Of a stretch of 64,000 nucleotides of DNA, positions 1-12,212 are shown piece after piece; position 1 is the stretch's first letter, and each line of letters begins with the position of its first letter. The translations under genes and the position numbers were made by a program. Source of the stretch: Leucoraja erinacea (Eukaryota); NCBI RefSeq assembly GCF_028641065.1, contig NC_073379.1:81034001-81098000 (forward strand), given 5' to 3'. The notes beneath the pieces are model-generated. The model had not been told where the DNA came from, did not search any database, and was given only the letters and a program-made list of their open reading frames with translations.

Positions 1-650
1 GGAAAAGTATGCATCTTCAAGATCGATTGAGGCACTCTGAATCAGCTAAATTGCTCAAAGAAAATTATCCATCTTAAACTGGTTAACCAAACACATGATC
101 AGGCTAGCCAAATCCGAACCTGATTTGGCATGCTCCACTTTTCTTCAACCTTGAGAAAATATTAGAAATATAGTCCCGTTCTTGTTCTTGGGTAGACTAC
201 TCATCCTTTGTGAGACATCTCTGTTTCTACTTGGATAGCCATCGTTTCCTCTATTGACCATACGGGCGGAAATTCTGGCTTCTCTTGCCGCGGAGGATGT
301 ATTTATTTATTTCCCCGCTCATAACATATAATCAGATCCTTATGACTAGTGCTGAAACGCAACATCCACTTGATGTGGGAATATGAGTTCCCTGTCAACT
401 CTTCACCGTCAGAGTCATCACGAATCCTCCGCCTCCTTCCTCAGTGGAAAATAGCATAATGCAACCCTGAACCAGGACTTGCTCTGCAGTCCTCTGACTG
501 AAACCACCTGTCTCAGTCGCCAGTGTGCGCAACACTGTCTTCGACCAGCCACTCAATCAGGAATTCTGGTATTGAGAGCCTACAGATTATTATATATACA
601 TTTTCTATTCACAACATGAACCTGCAGGTCAGATAAACATTGTTACATGC

Positions 651-1427
651 CAAGTCAAGTCAAGTCAAGTCAAGTTTATTCATCACATACACATACGAGA
701 TGTGCAGTGAAATGAAAAGTGGCAATGCTCATGGAATGTGCAAAAAACCCCCCAAACAAACTACAACAGAATGGAACAGAATCACATATTCACAAATTAC
801 ATATTTGTGGGGGGGGGGGGGGGGAAGACACCACACAACAGTAAATTGGTACAGTAAAGTTAGTCCCTGGTGAGATAGGAGTTTAGTCCTAATGGCCTCT
901 GGGAAGAAACTCCTTCTCATCCTCTCTGTTTTCACAGCATAGCAACGGAGGCGTTTGCCTGACCGTGGCAGCTGGAACAGTCCGTTGCTGGGGTGGAAGG
1001 GGTCTCCCATGATCTTGTTGGCTCTGGAGTTGCACCTTCTGATGTATAGTTCCTGCAAGGGGGCGAGTGTAGTTCCCATAGTGCGTTCGGCCCAACGCAC
1101 TACTTTCTGCAGAGCCTTCTTATCCTGGGCAGAGCAATTCCCAAACCAAATCATGATATTTCTGGACAAGATGCCTTCCACAGCCACTGAGTAGAAGCAC
1201 TGGAGGATCCTCAGAGACACTCTGAATTTCCTCAATTGCCCGAGATGGTAAAGGCGCTGCCTTGCCTTACTCACCAGTTCTGCAGCATGGGATGTCCATG
1301 TCATATCCTCAGAGATGTGGACTACCAGGTATTTAAAGCAGCTCACCCTATCCACAGTATCCCCATTTATCTTCAATGGTGTGTACGTCCTCGGATGATG
1401 TGCCCTCCTAAAGTCCACGATCAGCTC
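651..1427 (-). mobile_element. 5'-truncated Rex1/Babar-type LINE (RT C-terminus and 3' UTR)
   Basis: ORF 729-1418 with DFRR..FKYL.VHISEDMTW..RRSFFPEAIR; AATAAA plus (TTGAC)n tail at 651-680 on the minus strand. Confidence 0.85.
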
Positions 1428-1989
1428 ATTTCCAGACTGGCTTTCTGCTGGTAGCTTTCTGCTGGTAATGACTCCAGTGAGCAGTTTTTGGACTCGCTGA
1501 AATCATTCTTTGCATACATGTCATCACTGAGATATCCCAACTGATGAAATTGACATGAAAAAAATCCAATAATCTGGCAGTTATCTGGACCGGCATATTT
1601 CCCAGCCGTATCCTGCATATTCCCCTCCTTAGCTGATAAGAAGTTACATCCCTGATGCTCGTAGCCATATCTTCCACCAGTGAATCTCCTATCGCCAACG
1701 GGATGGCAAATATGTGACAAGAGCCAGTAGCTCCTTCATATGATTAAAATAAAGCATATCCCCCATTAGTTCAAGGGATTCGATATTCACATAGTTGGAG
1801 TCACCTATGTAATAATCTCCAACACTCCCCTCTTCTGAGCGGGAAATATTATAACGCAACGCTGAGCCAGGAGTTGCTTCCCTTATTCTGAGTAGGAGAT
1901 ATTATAACGCAACCCTGAAACAGGTGTTGCTCCCACAGGCATCTGACATGCACAGCCAGTAAGTGTCTCCTCAGTCACAGGTAGGATTT

Positions 1990-2935
1990 ATATGACCATG
2001 AAAATGAGCTAACTTATGTTTTGACATATGAACTCTGTGAACCACATTGAATTGTATCAGAGCGTGTCTTGCACACATTGAGGAAGTATTAACTAATTGA
2101 AGAATCCTCTCCCATTTCTCTATAGATATAGAAATTTGGAGTTCTCTTTCCTAGTCATTCTTAATTTTATCAAATATATCTATTTCTAATTTCAAAATCA
2201 ACTCATAAATAGTCGTTATTAATCCTTTCTGATAAGGGTTCAAATGTAATATTCTTTTCAAGATTTCGGTATGATGTGGTAACGGAAAAAAGGGTAGAGT
2301 AGCCTTCAAAAAATGTCTAATTTGTAATATCTAAAAAAGTGTGAATTAGGTAAATTATATTTATTGGAGAGTTGTTCGAAAGACATAAAACAACCATCCA
2401 AAAACAAATCACGAAAAGCTACTAATCCCTTCCTCTTCCATAACAGAAAGGCTTGATCAGTACTAGAAGGTTGGAAGAGAAAATTAGATATGATAGGACT
2501 CAATAAGATAAAATCATTCAATCTAAAAAACTTATGAAATTGAAACCATATTCGAAATGTATGTCTTATTATTGGGTTAGTCGTATATTTATTCAATCTC
2601 ATAACTGTAAAAGGTAACGAGGCCCCTAGAATAGAAGCCAATGATAGCCCTTGTATAGAATCACGTCAAGATTTATCCATCCTGGGCATTGGGTATCTTC
2701 TAAATCTTTTGTTCAAAACGTTAAATAACGAAAATTAACAGCCCAATAGTAGAATCTAAGGTTCGGCAGTGCCAAACCACCGTCTTTTTTTGATTTCTGT
2801 AAGTATTTTTTGCTTAGTCTTGAATTTTTATTCTGCCATATATGAAGAAATTTTGGAATCAATAATATCAAATAAAGATTTGGTAATAAAAATTGTTATC
2901 GTCTGAAATAAATACAAACATTTTGGAATTTTGGA
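1990..2935 (-). mobile_element. L1-clade LINE ORF2 fragment (post-RT region)
   Basis: GGLALPNLRFYYWA motif at about 2785-2740; ORF 2306-2641 ending FMSFEQLSNKYNLPNSHFFRY. Confidence 0.8.
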
Positions 2936-3414
2936 TTTTTTTCTCTCCAGCAGCCACCTGCTCCCTCTCGTAGCTTCAATAGCGGTAGCTGCACAGGCCA
3001 TGCCCGTCAACGCTCGCGTTCAACAACCCTCCGGCAGTTGTGCGTCCGCTTCTTGAGTAGCTGCACTGGCCGCGGCCGTCAGCTTCTTCAAGCCTGCTGC
3101 ACTCAATTAACGGAGCAGCGGGCCCTCCTGGAATAAAAATTGCTTACCCGTCGGAGCAGTTTCGAACTGCTCCAAATCCCGCGCCATCCCTCGACGTATT
3201 GACGCGCATGCAGGCTGGCGGGCTTCTTCACGTAGTCCCTCACGTGACTTCGATATAAAATAAAGAAATAACTCTCTATGAACATCAGTCAACACTTGTG
3301 GTAAGTATCATGATAAGGAAAAGGAAATTGAATAGAATGAATGCCACAGAAATAAACTAGTTGGACCAGGCAACCTTTATGTTCTGCATAACTTGGCTAA
3401 ATCTATCAACACAA

Positions 3415-3548
3415 CTATGAAAGGTTCCAGGGAGAAGGCAGGAGAATGGGATTGAGAGGGAAGAATAGATCAGCCATGATCGAATGGCAGAGCAGAGTTA
3501 ATGGATCGAATGGCCTAATACTGCTCCTATGACTTATGATCTTATGAA
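3415..3548 (+). mobile_element. CR1 LINE 3' UTR fragment
   Basis: gatcagccatgatcgaatggc...gaatggcctaatactgctcct stem-loop plus (ttatga)n tail, shared with CR1 tails at 34800-34937 and 58070-58196. Confidence 0.75.
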
Positions 3549-4511
3549 CCTCTTATTCTCTTTGCCCCGTATTCATGCCCAGTCTATCCTCTTTACGTGC
3601 ATCACTGGCATTGAGTTCATCCACTTTGTCTAGTTGATAGTTCCACATTCCCAATACTCTTTGGGTAAAGCAATTTCTGCTGGATTTCTTGACAACTGTC
3701 CTACACAACCAGCTGCTCAATATACTCTTCTCCGCTACTAGGGTATCTCTGTATCCTTTCCATCAACAATCTTCAATTTCAGCAGAGCTATCATGCTCAA
3801 AAGATCGACACGAAACGTCACCTATTCCTTCGCTCCATAGATGCTGCCTCACCCGCTGTGTTTCTCCAGCATTTTTGTCTACCAAAGATAAAACGGGTGC
3901 TTATTTATTAAGGCTTCTTTTGCACTACCTCCAAATACGAGTTTCAGTCCCATTGTATTTCATAAATAAAAGTGTGTGAATTAGTTATTCCATTCCATTA
4001 TATTACACAAATCAGAATATAGTAACATCAAATCCCAAGTAATGTTATATAATATAAAATGAAATAGAAAAAACAATCAATAGTGTTCCTTCTTTTGCTG
4101 GAAGCACTAAGAGGGCATGCTCCATTTATTGTCAGGTTTGAATATTCCTTAGAAGTTACTCTTCTGGTGCAATTGGAATACCTCTTGGAATACATACTTC
4201 CTATAATCTTCATCTTTTCCCTTCAAATATATACAGAGAGTAACAATACTTAGAATTCCAAATTCCAGAAATTCATAGTCATAGTAATTTCCCACACAGA
4301 ACCTTTTCCTTGTCTGTTATAAGACCCATTCTCACATTTTCTATCTTTCATTATGGAAAAGAGGATTTTTTTTGCGGGAAGATAAATCCTTTATTTGTAA
4401 CCTTAGCTACTATTTCAAGATGCTTGGTCTTAGTCTGATGTTCTCTGGTCCTTGATTTGATTTATTCTTTAATGAAATTGCCATAGTCTTTTTCAGTTCT
4501 GATGAAGGGTA

Positions 4512-4736
4512 TCAAGTACAAATCCTTTCAGATTCAGATAATCCGGAGTTGCACTGTGTTTGCCCAGCTCTTCTTGTTTTTAATTTAGATTTCCAGTATT
4601 GTGAATTATCTCTAGTAATTAATTGTAAAGCTGATATTTTTTTCTGTGTATAATTCCAACAATTAAAAATATTTTCATCATCAGGGAGGAAGACTCTTGC
4701 AACACGGTCCATAATATCCTTGATCTCATGATCATC
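4512..4736 (-). CDS. Candidate terminal coding exon of an unidentified minus-strand gene (DDHEIKDIMDRVARVF...ERICT*)
   Basis: Strong acceptor (polypyrimidine run then ccag) at 4738-4737 followed by 74 open codons in non-repeat DNA; no homology recognised. Confidence 0.3.
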   Translation of the reverse strand, partial: DDHEIKDIMDRVARVFLPDDENIFNCWNYTQKKISALQLITRDNSQYWKSKLKTRRAGQTQCNSGLSESERICT

Positions 4737-5261
4737 CTGGAAAAAAAGGTTACATATGGAAAGAGGTATGTCACTTAAATGCTCTTGGACTATGCATTAT
4801 CTACTTATCGGCAATAAATGAATTGAATCTTAATTTCCATGCACGATATTTGTAATCGAGAAGGAACGTAGTGTGTACACAAGAAATCCAAAGTAAAAAC
4901 AGAAAGGGGTGGAAATCAGGCCAGGTAATATCTGTAGGGAAGGAACAAAAACACAGTTAGCAATTCAGATACACGATGTTCTATCATGAAAATTCCTCAA
5001 CAAAATGCATTGATGCTACTGTATTTGTGAATGTTTTCTGGCCAACATGATGAGAGAGGTGAACATATTGCTGTTGTTTACATAGGAATTTCTCCCCATT
5101 TTCAGATGATAATCATGATTCTGCATTCAAGAATTTCAGGAGAGAATGCGTTGCTGTACTTTTACCCAGAGTCAGTAGTGGCTCTTTTCGTACATCTATG
5201 CCTCGGAATCAGAAAGTTGTGATATTCAAAGTGGAGCACAACTATCTAGGCGGACACTCCA

Positions 5262-5580
5262 GAGCAGCACTAAAGTACCACAGTTGCTGCCTCACAGTGC
5301 CAGGGACCCAGGTTCAATCCTGACCTCAGGTGCTGTCTGTGAGGAGTTTACACATGCTCCCATAGGTTTCCTCCGGGTGCTCTGGTTTCCTCCCACATCC
5401 CAAAGATGGGCAGGTTGGCAGGCTAATTGAACTCTGTAAACTGCCCCCCCCCCCAGTATGTAGAGAGTGGGAAAGTGGAATATAATAAAACTGGTGTGAA
5501 TGTGTGATGGATGGTCAGCATAAATTCGGTGGGCTAAAGGGCCTATTTCCATTCTGTATCTCTAAACAAAACTAAACTAA
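5262..5580 (+). mobile_element. tRNA-derived V-SINE (HE1-like)
   Basis: B-box-like ggttcaatcc, V-domain (ggtttcctccgggtgctctggtttcctcccaca), CR1-like tail with (TAAAC)n. Confidence 0.85.
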
Positions 5581-5649
5581 CCTGAAAGAGAGCTGTGCTC
5601 TAGGAAGTGCACAGGTTTCAAATGAAATTCTACACAATGTCCTGAAGAT

Positions 5650-5865
5650 AGCCACAAAGTGCCGCAGTAACTCACCGGGTCAAGCAGCATCTCTGGAGAA
5701 AAAGGATGGGTGACGTTTCGGGTCTGAACCCTTCTTCAAACTTAGGAGGGTCCCGACCCAAAATATAATCAATCCTTTTTCTCTAGAGATGCTGCTTGAC
5801 CTGCTGAGTTATTCCAGCACTTTGCGTCTAGGTTCAGTATAAACCAGCATCTGCAGTTCTATTCG
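5650..5865. mobile_element. Penelope-derived fold-back (inverted) repeat with hammerhead-like cores
   Basis: 5650-5738 and 5744-5830 are imperfect reverse complements; same sequence as the end of the GIY-YIG-bearing element at 37320-37455. Confidence 0.75.
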
Positions 5866-6109
5866 CAACACAATGGCCTGTCTGTTGGCTTGAGTGGATA
5901 TGAAAGAACTCATTGAAAGATAGGAAATTATACATCCAGAGACTTCTAATATTATTAAAATGGATTGGCTGGTCAAGTGTGGGGGAAGTTGCAGCGAACA
6001 ACACCTGCTAAGTTTCCCATTTGCGACAGCAATCACACTTTAGAAATATTCCACTGGATGTGGAGAACTTTGCTTTTTTCATAGATAGGTGTGATATACA
6101 TGAATGGTA

Positions 6110-6315
6110 TATAGAAACATCACTCCCTGCCCTATACTCAAATCCTTTTGCTATGAAAGCTAACACCTACCATTCGCTTTTCTCACTGCCTGCTGCACCT
6201 GCATGCCTACTTTCAATGTGGTGTACCATACACCCAGGTCTCGCTGCATTTCCCCTTTTCCTAGTCGGCCGCCATTTAGATAATAGTCTGCATTCCTGTT
6301 TTTGCCACCAAAATG
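6110..6315 (-). mobile_element. CR1 ORF2 fragment
   Basis: Reverse complement encodes a frameshifted ECRLL/DYYLNG..QRDLGV.VH..QVQQAV.KANG segment homologous to 34150-34330. Confidence 0.7.
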
Positions 6316-7336
6316 TTAACTGTCTGCCAAACATTTGCCCATCACCCAGCAATGTGAAAGCCTGTTTTTAAGGGGAAATTTAAGGCTAGAAACTTGGATT
6401 GTCACCATATCTAACAATAATTAATTGATGCAATCTCTAGGACTTTCTGCAGGGAGAAAAGAAAATGCTGCTTGTAGTTTCATGAGGTTATGTTCATCAA
6501 ACACTCTTTACTCCTCCACCACGTCTCTGTTTTGGGTTTACAGAGATCTTGGACCACTTTGAGGGATTTGAAAATAATTTCTAGCCAGTGAATTCCTGAG
6601 AAGTAAACTTGTTGTTGCAAAATTATTAAACCCATTGCTTCTCTCAATGGGAAACAGATGCTCAGGATCATTTAACATGCCTTGGGCTCTTCTTGCTCAG
6701 AAGTATCTATCTTTGATCTGAAAACGTGTAAATTTATGCTTTGACTCACAATGGATTTAACTTGAATCTTTACAATTTTAGATATGAACTGAACAAACTG
6801 AAATAATAATGAATCAATACATGTTTAACTAACTCAAGCTCCTTGGATTCCTTGGATCTTATTTTTTGTTCTGAGCCAAAGAGTTGTGATTGCATGGAAC
6901 CAAATAACTAGTCTATTTATTTATATCAAGCAGACAGACACCCTGTGACGATCCACTCTTCCCACACTTCTCCCAACTCCCTCTGTCCCAAACTCCCCTT
7001 TTCTTTGACAGCAAAATGTTATTTTTTGACAGTCTTTGACAGCAAAATGACAGTCCTGTGAGTGCAGGAAGACAGAAATCTCATTGCTCTTTTTTTGCTG
7101 GTCTTCATCATGTGTAATGTTCAGAGAGTTACAGTATGTAGTTTGGCCATTTGGCTTGTTTTGTGTGCCATTAATTATGGCACGTGTCTTTAAATTTTAG
7201 ACTGCCCGTTACATTGTGGGTGGAATTTATGACGCATTTTAGGGCGTGTTTTGAGCTAAGCTTCTTGTGCAGAAGCTTAGTTTTTAGTTTCGGACCAGCA
7301 TGGAGAAGGTTTACCCTTTGACCATGCGAAGTGTAA

Positions 7337-7532
7337 AGGGCCTGTCCCACGAGCATGCGACCTGCATGCGGCAAGCGCCACCAAACCGGAAGCGGGATCT
7401 GCGCGGAGGTCGAATGATCCCCGTACTGGCCGGTCCCACCAGCATGTGCCTGCATGCAGTGAGTGCGACCAAACCAGAAGCTCGTTAGGTCGCGCTTGCC
7501 GCATGGAGTCGCATGCTCGTGGGACAGGCCCT
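7337..7532. mobile_element. PIF/Harbinger-type MITE
   Basis: About 42-bp imperfect TIRs beginning AGGGCCTGTCCCAC; TAA on both sides (7334-7336 and 7533-7535). Confidence 0.85.
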
Positions 7533-8104
7533 TAATGGAGACACAAGGAGTTTTCTAACATTTAAAGCGATAAGCTGGAGGTCGATGAAGATTATAGTAA
7601 CGAGTCAGAAGAAGTTTAGATGTGTCTTATTGTTTTTCATCAACAATAAAGAATTTATTCATCAAAAGACTGTATTTTTGAAGACTTATCTGTGAAGAAG
7701 CTCTGAAGGTCTCCGACGGTGAGCTCGCATGTGTATGAAGACTTTTCCCTTAACCATGCAGTCTATTTAGCGGCTAGGGGGAATAATCTCTTGAACAATA
7801 TAAAAATCTGCCGCTACACAGCAATTGGGGCAACACACACTGGTGCTTCAAATGATCGTAACGTTAAATCAAATTAATATCTCCATAACTCCCTTCCATA
7901 CTTATTTCTACTGCTTGAAAACGTTTTAACTCTTTAACTGAATAACACCAACCAACTGATCTAATGCCTGCTGTACATTTTGATGATATGAGACTGCTGG
8001 AAATATTACTGACAATGATGAAACTATTTTGGTTTCATTTTGAGCTCCGGTTATTAATTCTCTATTTGGCATTAGTATTTGATGACCTCAGTGTGCTTTT
8101 AATC

Positions 8105-9477
8105 TGTGAGCTCCAGGACTATTTGGAGTCTGTAGACTGGGCAATGCTCAGGGACTCAGCAACGGACCTGAATGAATACGCCACAGTCGTTACAGACTTC
8201 ATAAAGAAATGTGTGGAGGACTGCATCCCTAAAAAAACCTTCCAAGTGTTTCCCAATCAGAAGCCTTGGATGAACTTTGATATCCGCACTCTTCTGAAGA
8301 CCAGACACTGGGCATTCATGTCTGATGATACAGTGGTCTACAAGAAGTCCAGTTACGACCTTGGTAAGGCCATCAAAAAGGCCAAAGGGGACTTCTGCTC
8401 CAAACTGGAGGATGAGACAGATGTTCAGCAGCTGTGGCGGGGCTTGAATGCACTCACCTCCTGCAAGGCAAGATCAGGAGGCAGCACAAATGTTGGCGTA
8501 GCTTCACTCCCTCTCAAGCTCAATGCATTTTACGCATGCTTTGATAGGGAGAATGTAGCCGGTCATAGTGCGAACTCCATCATCGAGTTCGCTGACGACA
8601 CCACTGTTGTGGAACGTATCACTGATGGGGACGAGTCAGAGTATAGAAGAGAGATCGACCGACTGACCAAATGGTGCCAGCACAATAACCTGGCCCTCAA
8701 CACCAGCAAAACCAAGGAACTGATTGTGGACATTGGAAGGGGTAGGAGGGGGAACCACAGTCCCGTTTATATCAACGGGTCGATGGTGGAAAGGGTCAAG
8801 AGCTTCAAATTCCTGGGCGTGCATATCTCTGAAGATCTTTCCTGGTCCGAAAACACTGATGCAATTATAAAGAAAGCACATCAGCGCCTCTACTTCCTGA
8901 GAAGATTACGGAGAGTCGGTTTGTCAAGGAGGACTCTCTCTAACTTCTACAGGTGCACAGTAGAGAGCATGCTGACTGGTTGCATCGTGGCTTGGTTCGG
9001 CAACTTGAGTGCCCAGGAGCGGCAAAGACTACAAAAAGTAGTAAACACTGCCCAGTCCATCATCGGCTCTGACCTCCCTTCCATCGAGGGGATCTATCGC
9101 AGTCGCTGCCTCAAAAAGGCTGGCAGTATCATCAAGGACCCACACCATCCTAGCCACACACTCATCTCCCCGCTATCTTCAGGTAGAAGGTACAGGAGCC
9201 TGAAGATTGCAATGACCAAGTTCAGGAATTCCCCACAACCATCAGGCTATTAAACTCGGCTCAGACAAAACTCTGAACATTAATAGCCCATTATCTGTTT
9301 ATTTGCACTTTATCAGTTTATTTATTGATGTGTGTATATATTTATATAATGGTATGTGGACACACTGATCTGTTCTGTATTCATGCCTACTATGTTCTGT
9401 TGTGCTGAAGCAAAGCAATAATTTCATTGTCCTATCAGGGGCACATGACAATAAACTCTCTTGACTTGACTTGACTT
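8105..9477 (+). mobile_element. Rex1/Babar-type LINE with in-frame internal deletion (ORF 7964-9253)
   Basis: FPNQKPW, LNAFYACF joined to IEFADDTTVV, KTKELIVD, FKFLGVHISEDLSW; AATAAA plus (TTGAC)n tail at 9450-9477. Confidence 0.9.
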
Positions 9478-9604
9478 CATTCTGTTTCAAGATGTAAACT
9501 GTTGACATTGTAATTAAAAAGTACTTAATAAACGACCACCTTCACATTTTGTTAATTACTTTGAAATATCTCGGGATATTTCAACAGTAATATCTGAGTT
9601 TGCT

Positions 9605-9685
9605 TGGAGCAACTCAGCGGGACATGCAGCATCTCTGGAGAGAAGGAACGGGTGGCGTTTCGGGTCGAGAGCCTTCTTCAGACTG
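9605..9685 (-). mobile_element. Penelope-derived terminal repeat fragment with hammerhead-like core
   Basis: Minus strand CAGTCTGAAGAAGGCTCTCGACCCGAAACGCC at 9685-9654. Confidence 0.65.
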
Positions 9686-10122
9686 AAAGTTTCACCTCTC
9701 AGTAGATCATAAAATAACACAATCAACACGGTCAATGTGAGATACAGTGTTTATTCATATTCGACAAAATAAAAAGACGACTTCTTGCACATATTGAGAG
9801 AAGGTGCATCACACCAAACAACATTTGTCTAAAAAAACACAGATTATTCTTCAGCTCATTAAAGAGCTCGGGTGAAAAAAACGAATATAGTGTGTGACAA
9901 CAAAGTAACATCATTTGTGCCACGTGATTAACTACACTACAGTCCACGATGTTCATTCGGGAAAGATCGGGAGACGGACAAGTCACTCGCACAAATGACA
10001 GAATTGCCGAGTACCGTGGGAACTCTTTACTCTACTCCCGTTATATCGTGTGATATCGTGCTAGACCACGACCACTCCACTCGGGCTACATCTTGCGTCA
10101 AGTCGCCCCGTGAAAACGTGCC

Positions 10123-10690
10123 ATTATCAGGCAACTGAACCATCTTCTCACCAACTATAGAGTGGTCCTGACCTCCCATCTACCTCATTGGAGACTTTCA
10201 AACTATCTTTAATTTAATTTTATTAAATTTTACCTTACACCAAATGTTTTACCCTTTATCCTGCATCTGTGCACTGTGGATGGCTTGATTGTAGCCATGT
10301 ATAGTGTTTTTTGCTAACTGAACAGCAAGCAACAAAAACCCTTTCACTGCCTGGCTCCACAGCACGACTGCAGGTGTTACAACCGTGAACACTTTCCTGC
10401 TGTTCACCTTTTCCCTGCCCTGACATCTGTCAAAATGATGAGGTTACGTTCAAATTAGCAGAGTATGAAGATAAGCTAACAGATCTGTTTCCCTCTCCCA
10501 CTACTAAATAGTGGGGTTATAGTCCAAATCTGCAGAAGGCGTTCTATAATCTCTAGAAATGTGGCACTGAGGTTTCAAGGATAGATGTTTGAATCTTTTC
10601 ACTGTACCTCGGTGCACATGACAACAATAAACTAAGGTAAACTAAAGTAAACTATACTAAACTAAATTAAACTAAACTCAAACTAAACAA
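10123..10690 (+). mobile_element. LINE 3' UTR with (TAAAC)n-type tail, interrupted by a 250-bp insert
   Basis: Homologous to the tail at 20815-21040 (ttttcactgtacct..gtgacaataaa..(taaac)n). Confidence 0.6.
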
Positions 10691-11013
10691 AAGCAAAATA
10701 AATCTTGATTTAATAAATAACAAGTATTCGGTTTTCTTACATTTTAAGCCTGCACAGCCCAGACATGTTAGGCACATTTGAGAAATCATTTTGTTTTGGC
10801 TGCTTCAGCTTTGGTACATTTGGTCCATTCAAACCAAGATTGGCGTGCCTTATTAAGCTTCTATTATTCTCATGGTTAATAGTGGGAACATTTGTAAGGA
10901 GAGGGGCAGAAATTGACAAGTGGTGTGCCCATTGTAGGCACTAAATGAATGCTTGGCAGCAGTGATTCAGGTACCCATAGTACTACATTTGATCTCCTCA
11001 CAATATATGCCAG

Positions 11014-11671
11014 TGTAACGGGTATAGCTTGGACCCAATAGCAGCACAGAATCAGGCAGGTATAATTAGTAATGAACCTTATTACGATACTGTAACACAG
11101 AGTAGTAACACAGGAATGGGTACACCGTACTCACACAGAGGCTCAGGACTGAGCGAGGGTTCCGAAGAGGGGCAGGCAGGAGACGTAGTCGGGGTAGCGG
11201 AAGGTCCAGTAACCAGGAGATCCAACACACGATGCAAACAAACCAGCGAGGGACAGACGAAAGGAGAGTCGAAGCCAGGCAGGTAGTCGAGGAGTCGTTG
11301 CAGGGATAGACCAAACAGCCCAGCTCAGGAGAGAGGCAGACAGAAACCAGGAGGTCGGGGACAGAAGGCTGAGGTGCTATCCGGGAAGACGACAGGACAG
11401 AATGGTCAGGGGCAGGCAGGTTTGAATCCGTGTAGGCAGTCGGGAAATCGCTGGAGAGTCTTGCATGAATGCTGAGAACAATCTGACACTGTGTGAATGG
11501 TGAGGAGAGTCTATATACCGGGTTAATAGGTGATCAGAGGCAACTGAGTGCAACAGGTGAGGAGAGATAGGCTGATGAGAGGGGAGTGGCAGGCAGGTGA
11601 GGAGAAGGAGGGACCGAAGGAAAAGTACTGGGAGGTGGTGGATGAGAATGAGGAGAGGGCGGACTGTGACA
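11014..11671 (-). mobile_element. Solo LTR, probably Ty3/Gypsy
   Basis: TGTAAC...GTGACA termini with perfect 5-bp TSD GCCAG (11009-11013 and 11672-11676); TATA-like GTATATAG on the minus strand near 11515. Confidence 0.85.
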
Positions 11672-11905
11672 GCCAGGAGCCATTTTCAAGTTGCTCTAGG
11701 CCAGGTGTTAGGGACACACTCTTCAGTCTTCTATATATGATAACTAGACTAAGTGGGACCCATTGGGTCCCATTCTCACACGGGAGAGCTGGTCCCCCAA
11801 TGCAACATTCCACCTCCACCAATTCCAATATTGGTGGCCAGTGGGGAGGGGGAGGGTCTTTTTGGAGCGCTAGTGTTGGTGTTGTGGACCAAAGGGACTG
11901 GTTCT

Positions 11906-12075
11906 CACCTGAAGCAATGAAATCCTGGAATATTTAATTTCCAATCACAGCCCTCCTGCTTCACTGTTTCACTGATCGCCACAACATCATACTTCCAGGT
12001 GTCAATCCAGGCTCTAAGTTCATCCACCTTTCTTACAATGCTCCTAGCATTAAAATATACACATTTAAGAAACCC
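11906..12075 (-). pseudogene. Start of CR1 ORF2 (APE endonuclease N-terminus), truncated
   Basis: LKCVYFNARSIVRKVDELRAWIDTWKYDVVAISET...IPGFHCFR in ORF 11905-12396. Confidence 0.85.
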
Positions 12076-12212
12076 ACCCTCTCTTATTCTCTGTTTATTG
12101 TCTTTTTCTTCTCTCTCCCCTACATTTTGGGTCAGAGTGCTACCATTCTCTGCCTCCTCCCTCACACACTGACTGCTAGCTTTCCCAATTTGAGTCCCTC
12201 CCCCCAACCATA

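Larger units (their letters stand above)
1..3261 (-). mobile_element. Degenerate DIRS1-type retrotransposon, 5' part (runs off window), interrupted by two LINE fragments
   Basis: Minus strand of 1-180 reads as a frameshifted DIRS RT (ISNIF..KKSG..DL..FKMDN..ASIDLEDAYFS). 3205-3261 (gcatgcaggctggcgggcttcttcacgtagtccctcacgtgacttcgatataaaat) matches the terminus of the DIRS at 47588-47643. Confidence 0.75.

Noticed and set aside
5262-5340. tRNA gene
   Set aside because: Degenerate tRNA-like head continuing into a V-domain and tail; it is a SINE, repeated about nine times in the window
9730-10122. CpG-rich possible DNA transposon fragment
   Set aside because: No matching second terminus or TSD found, so it could not be classified
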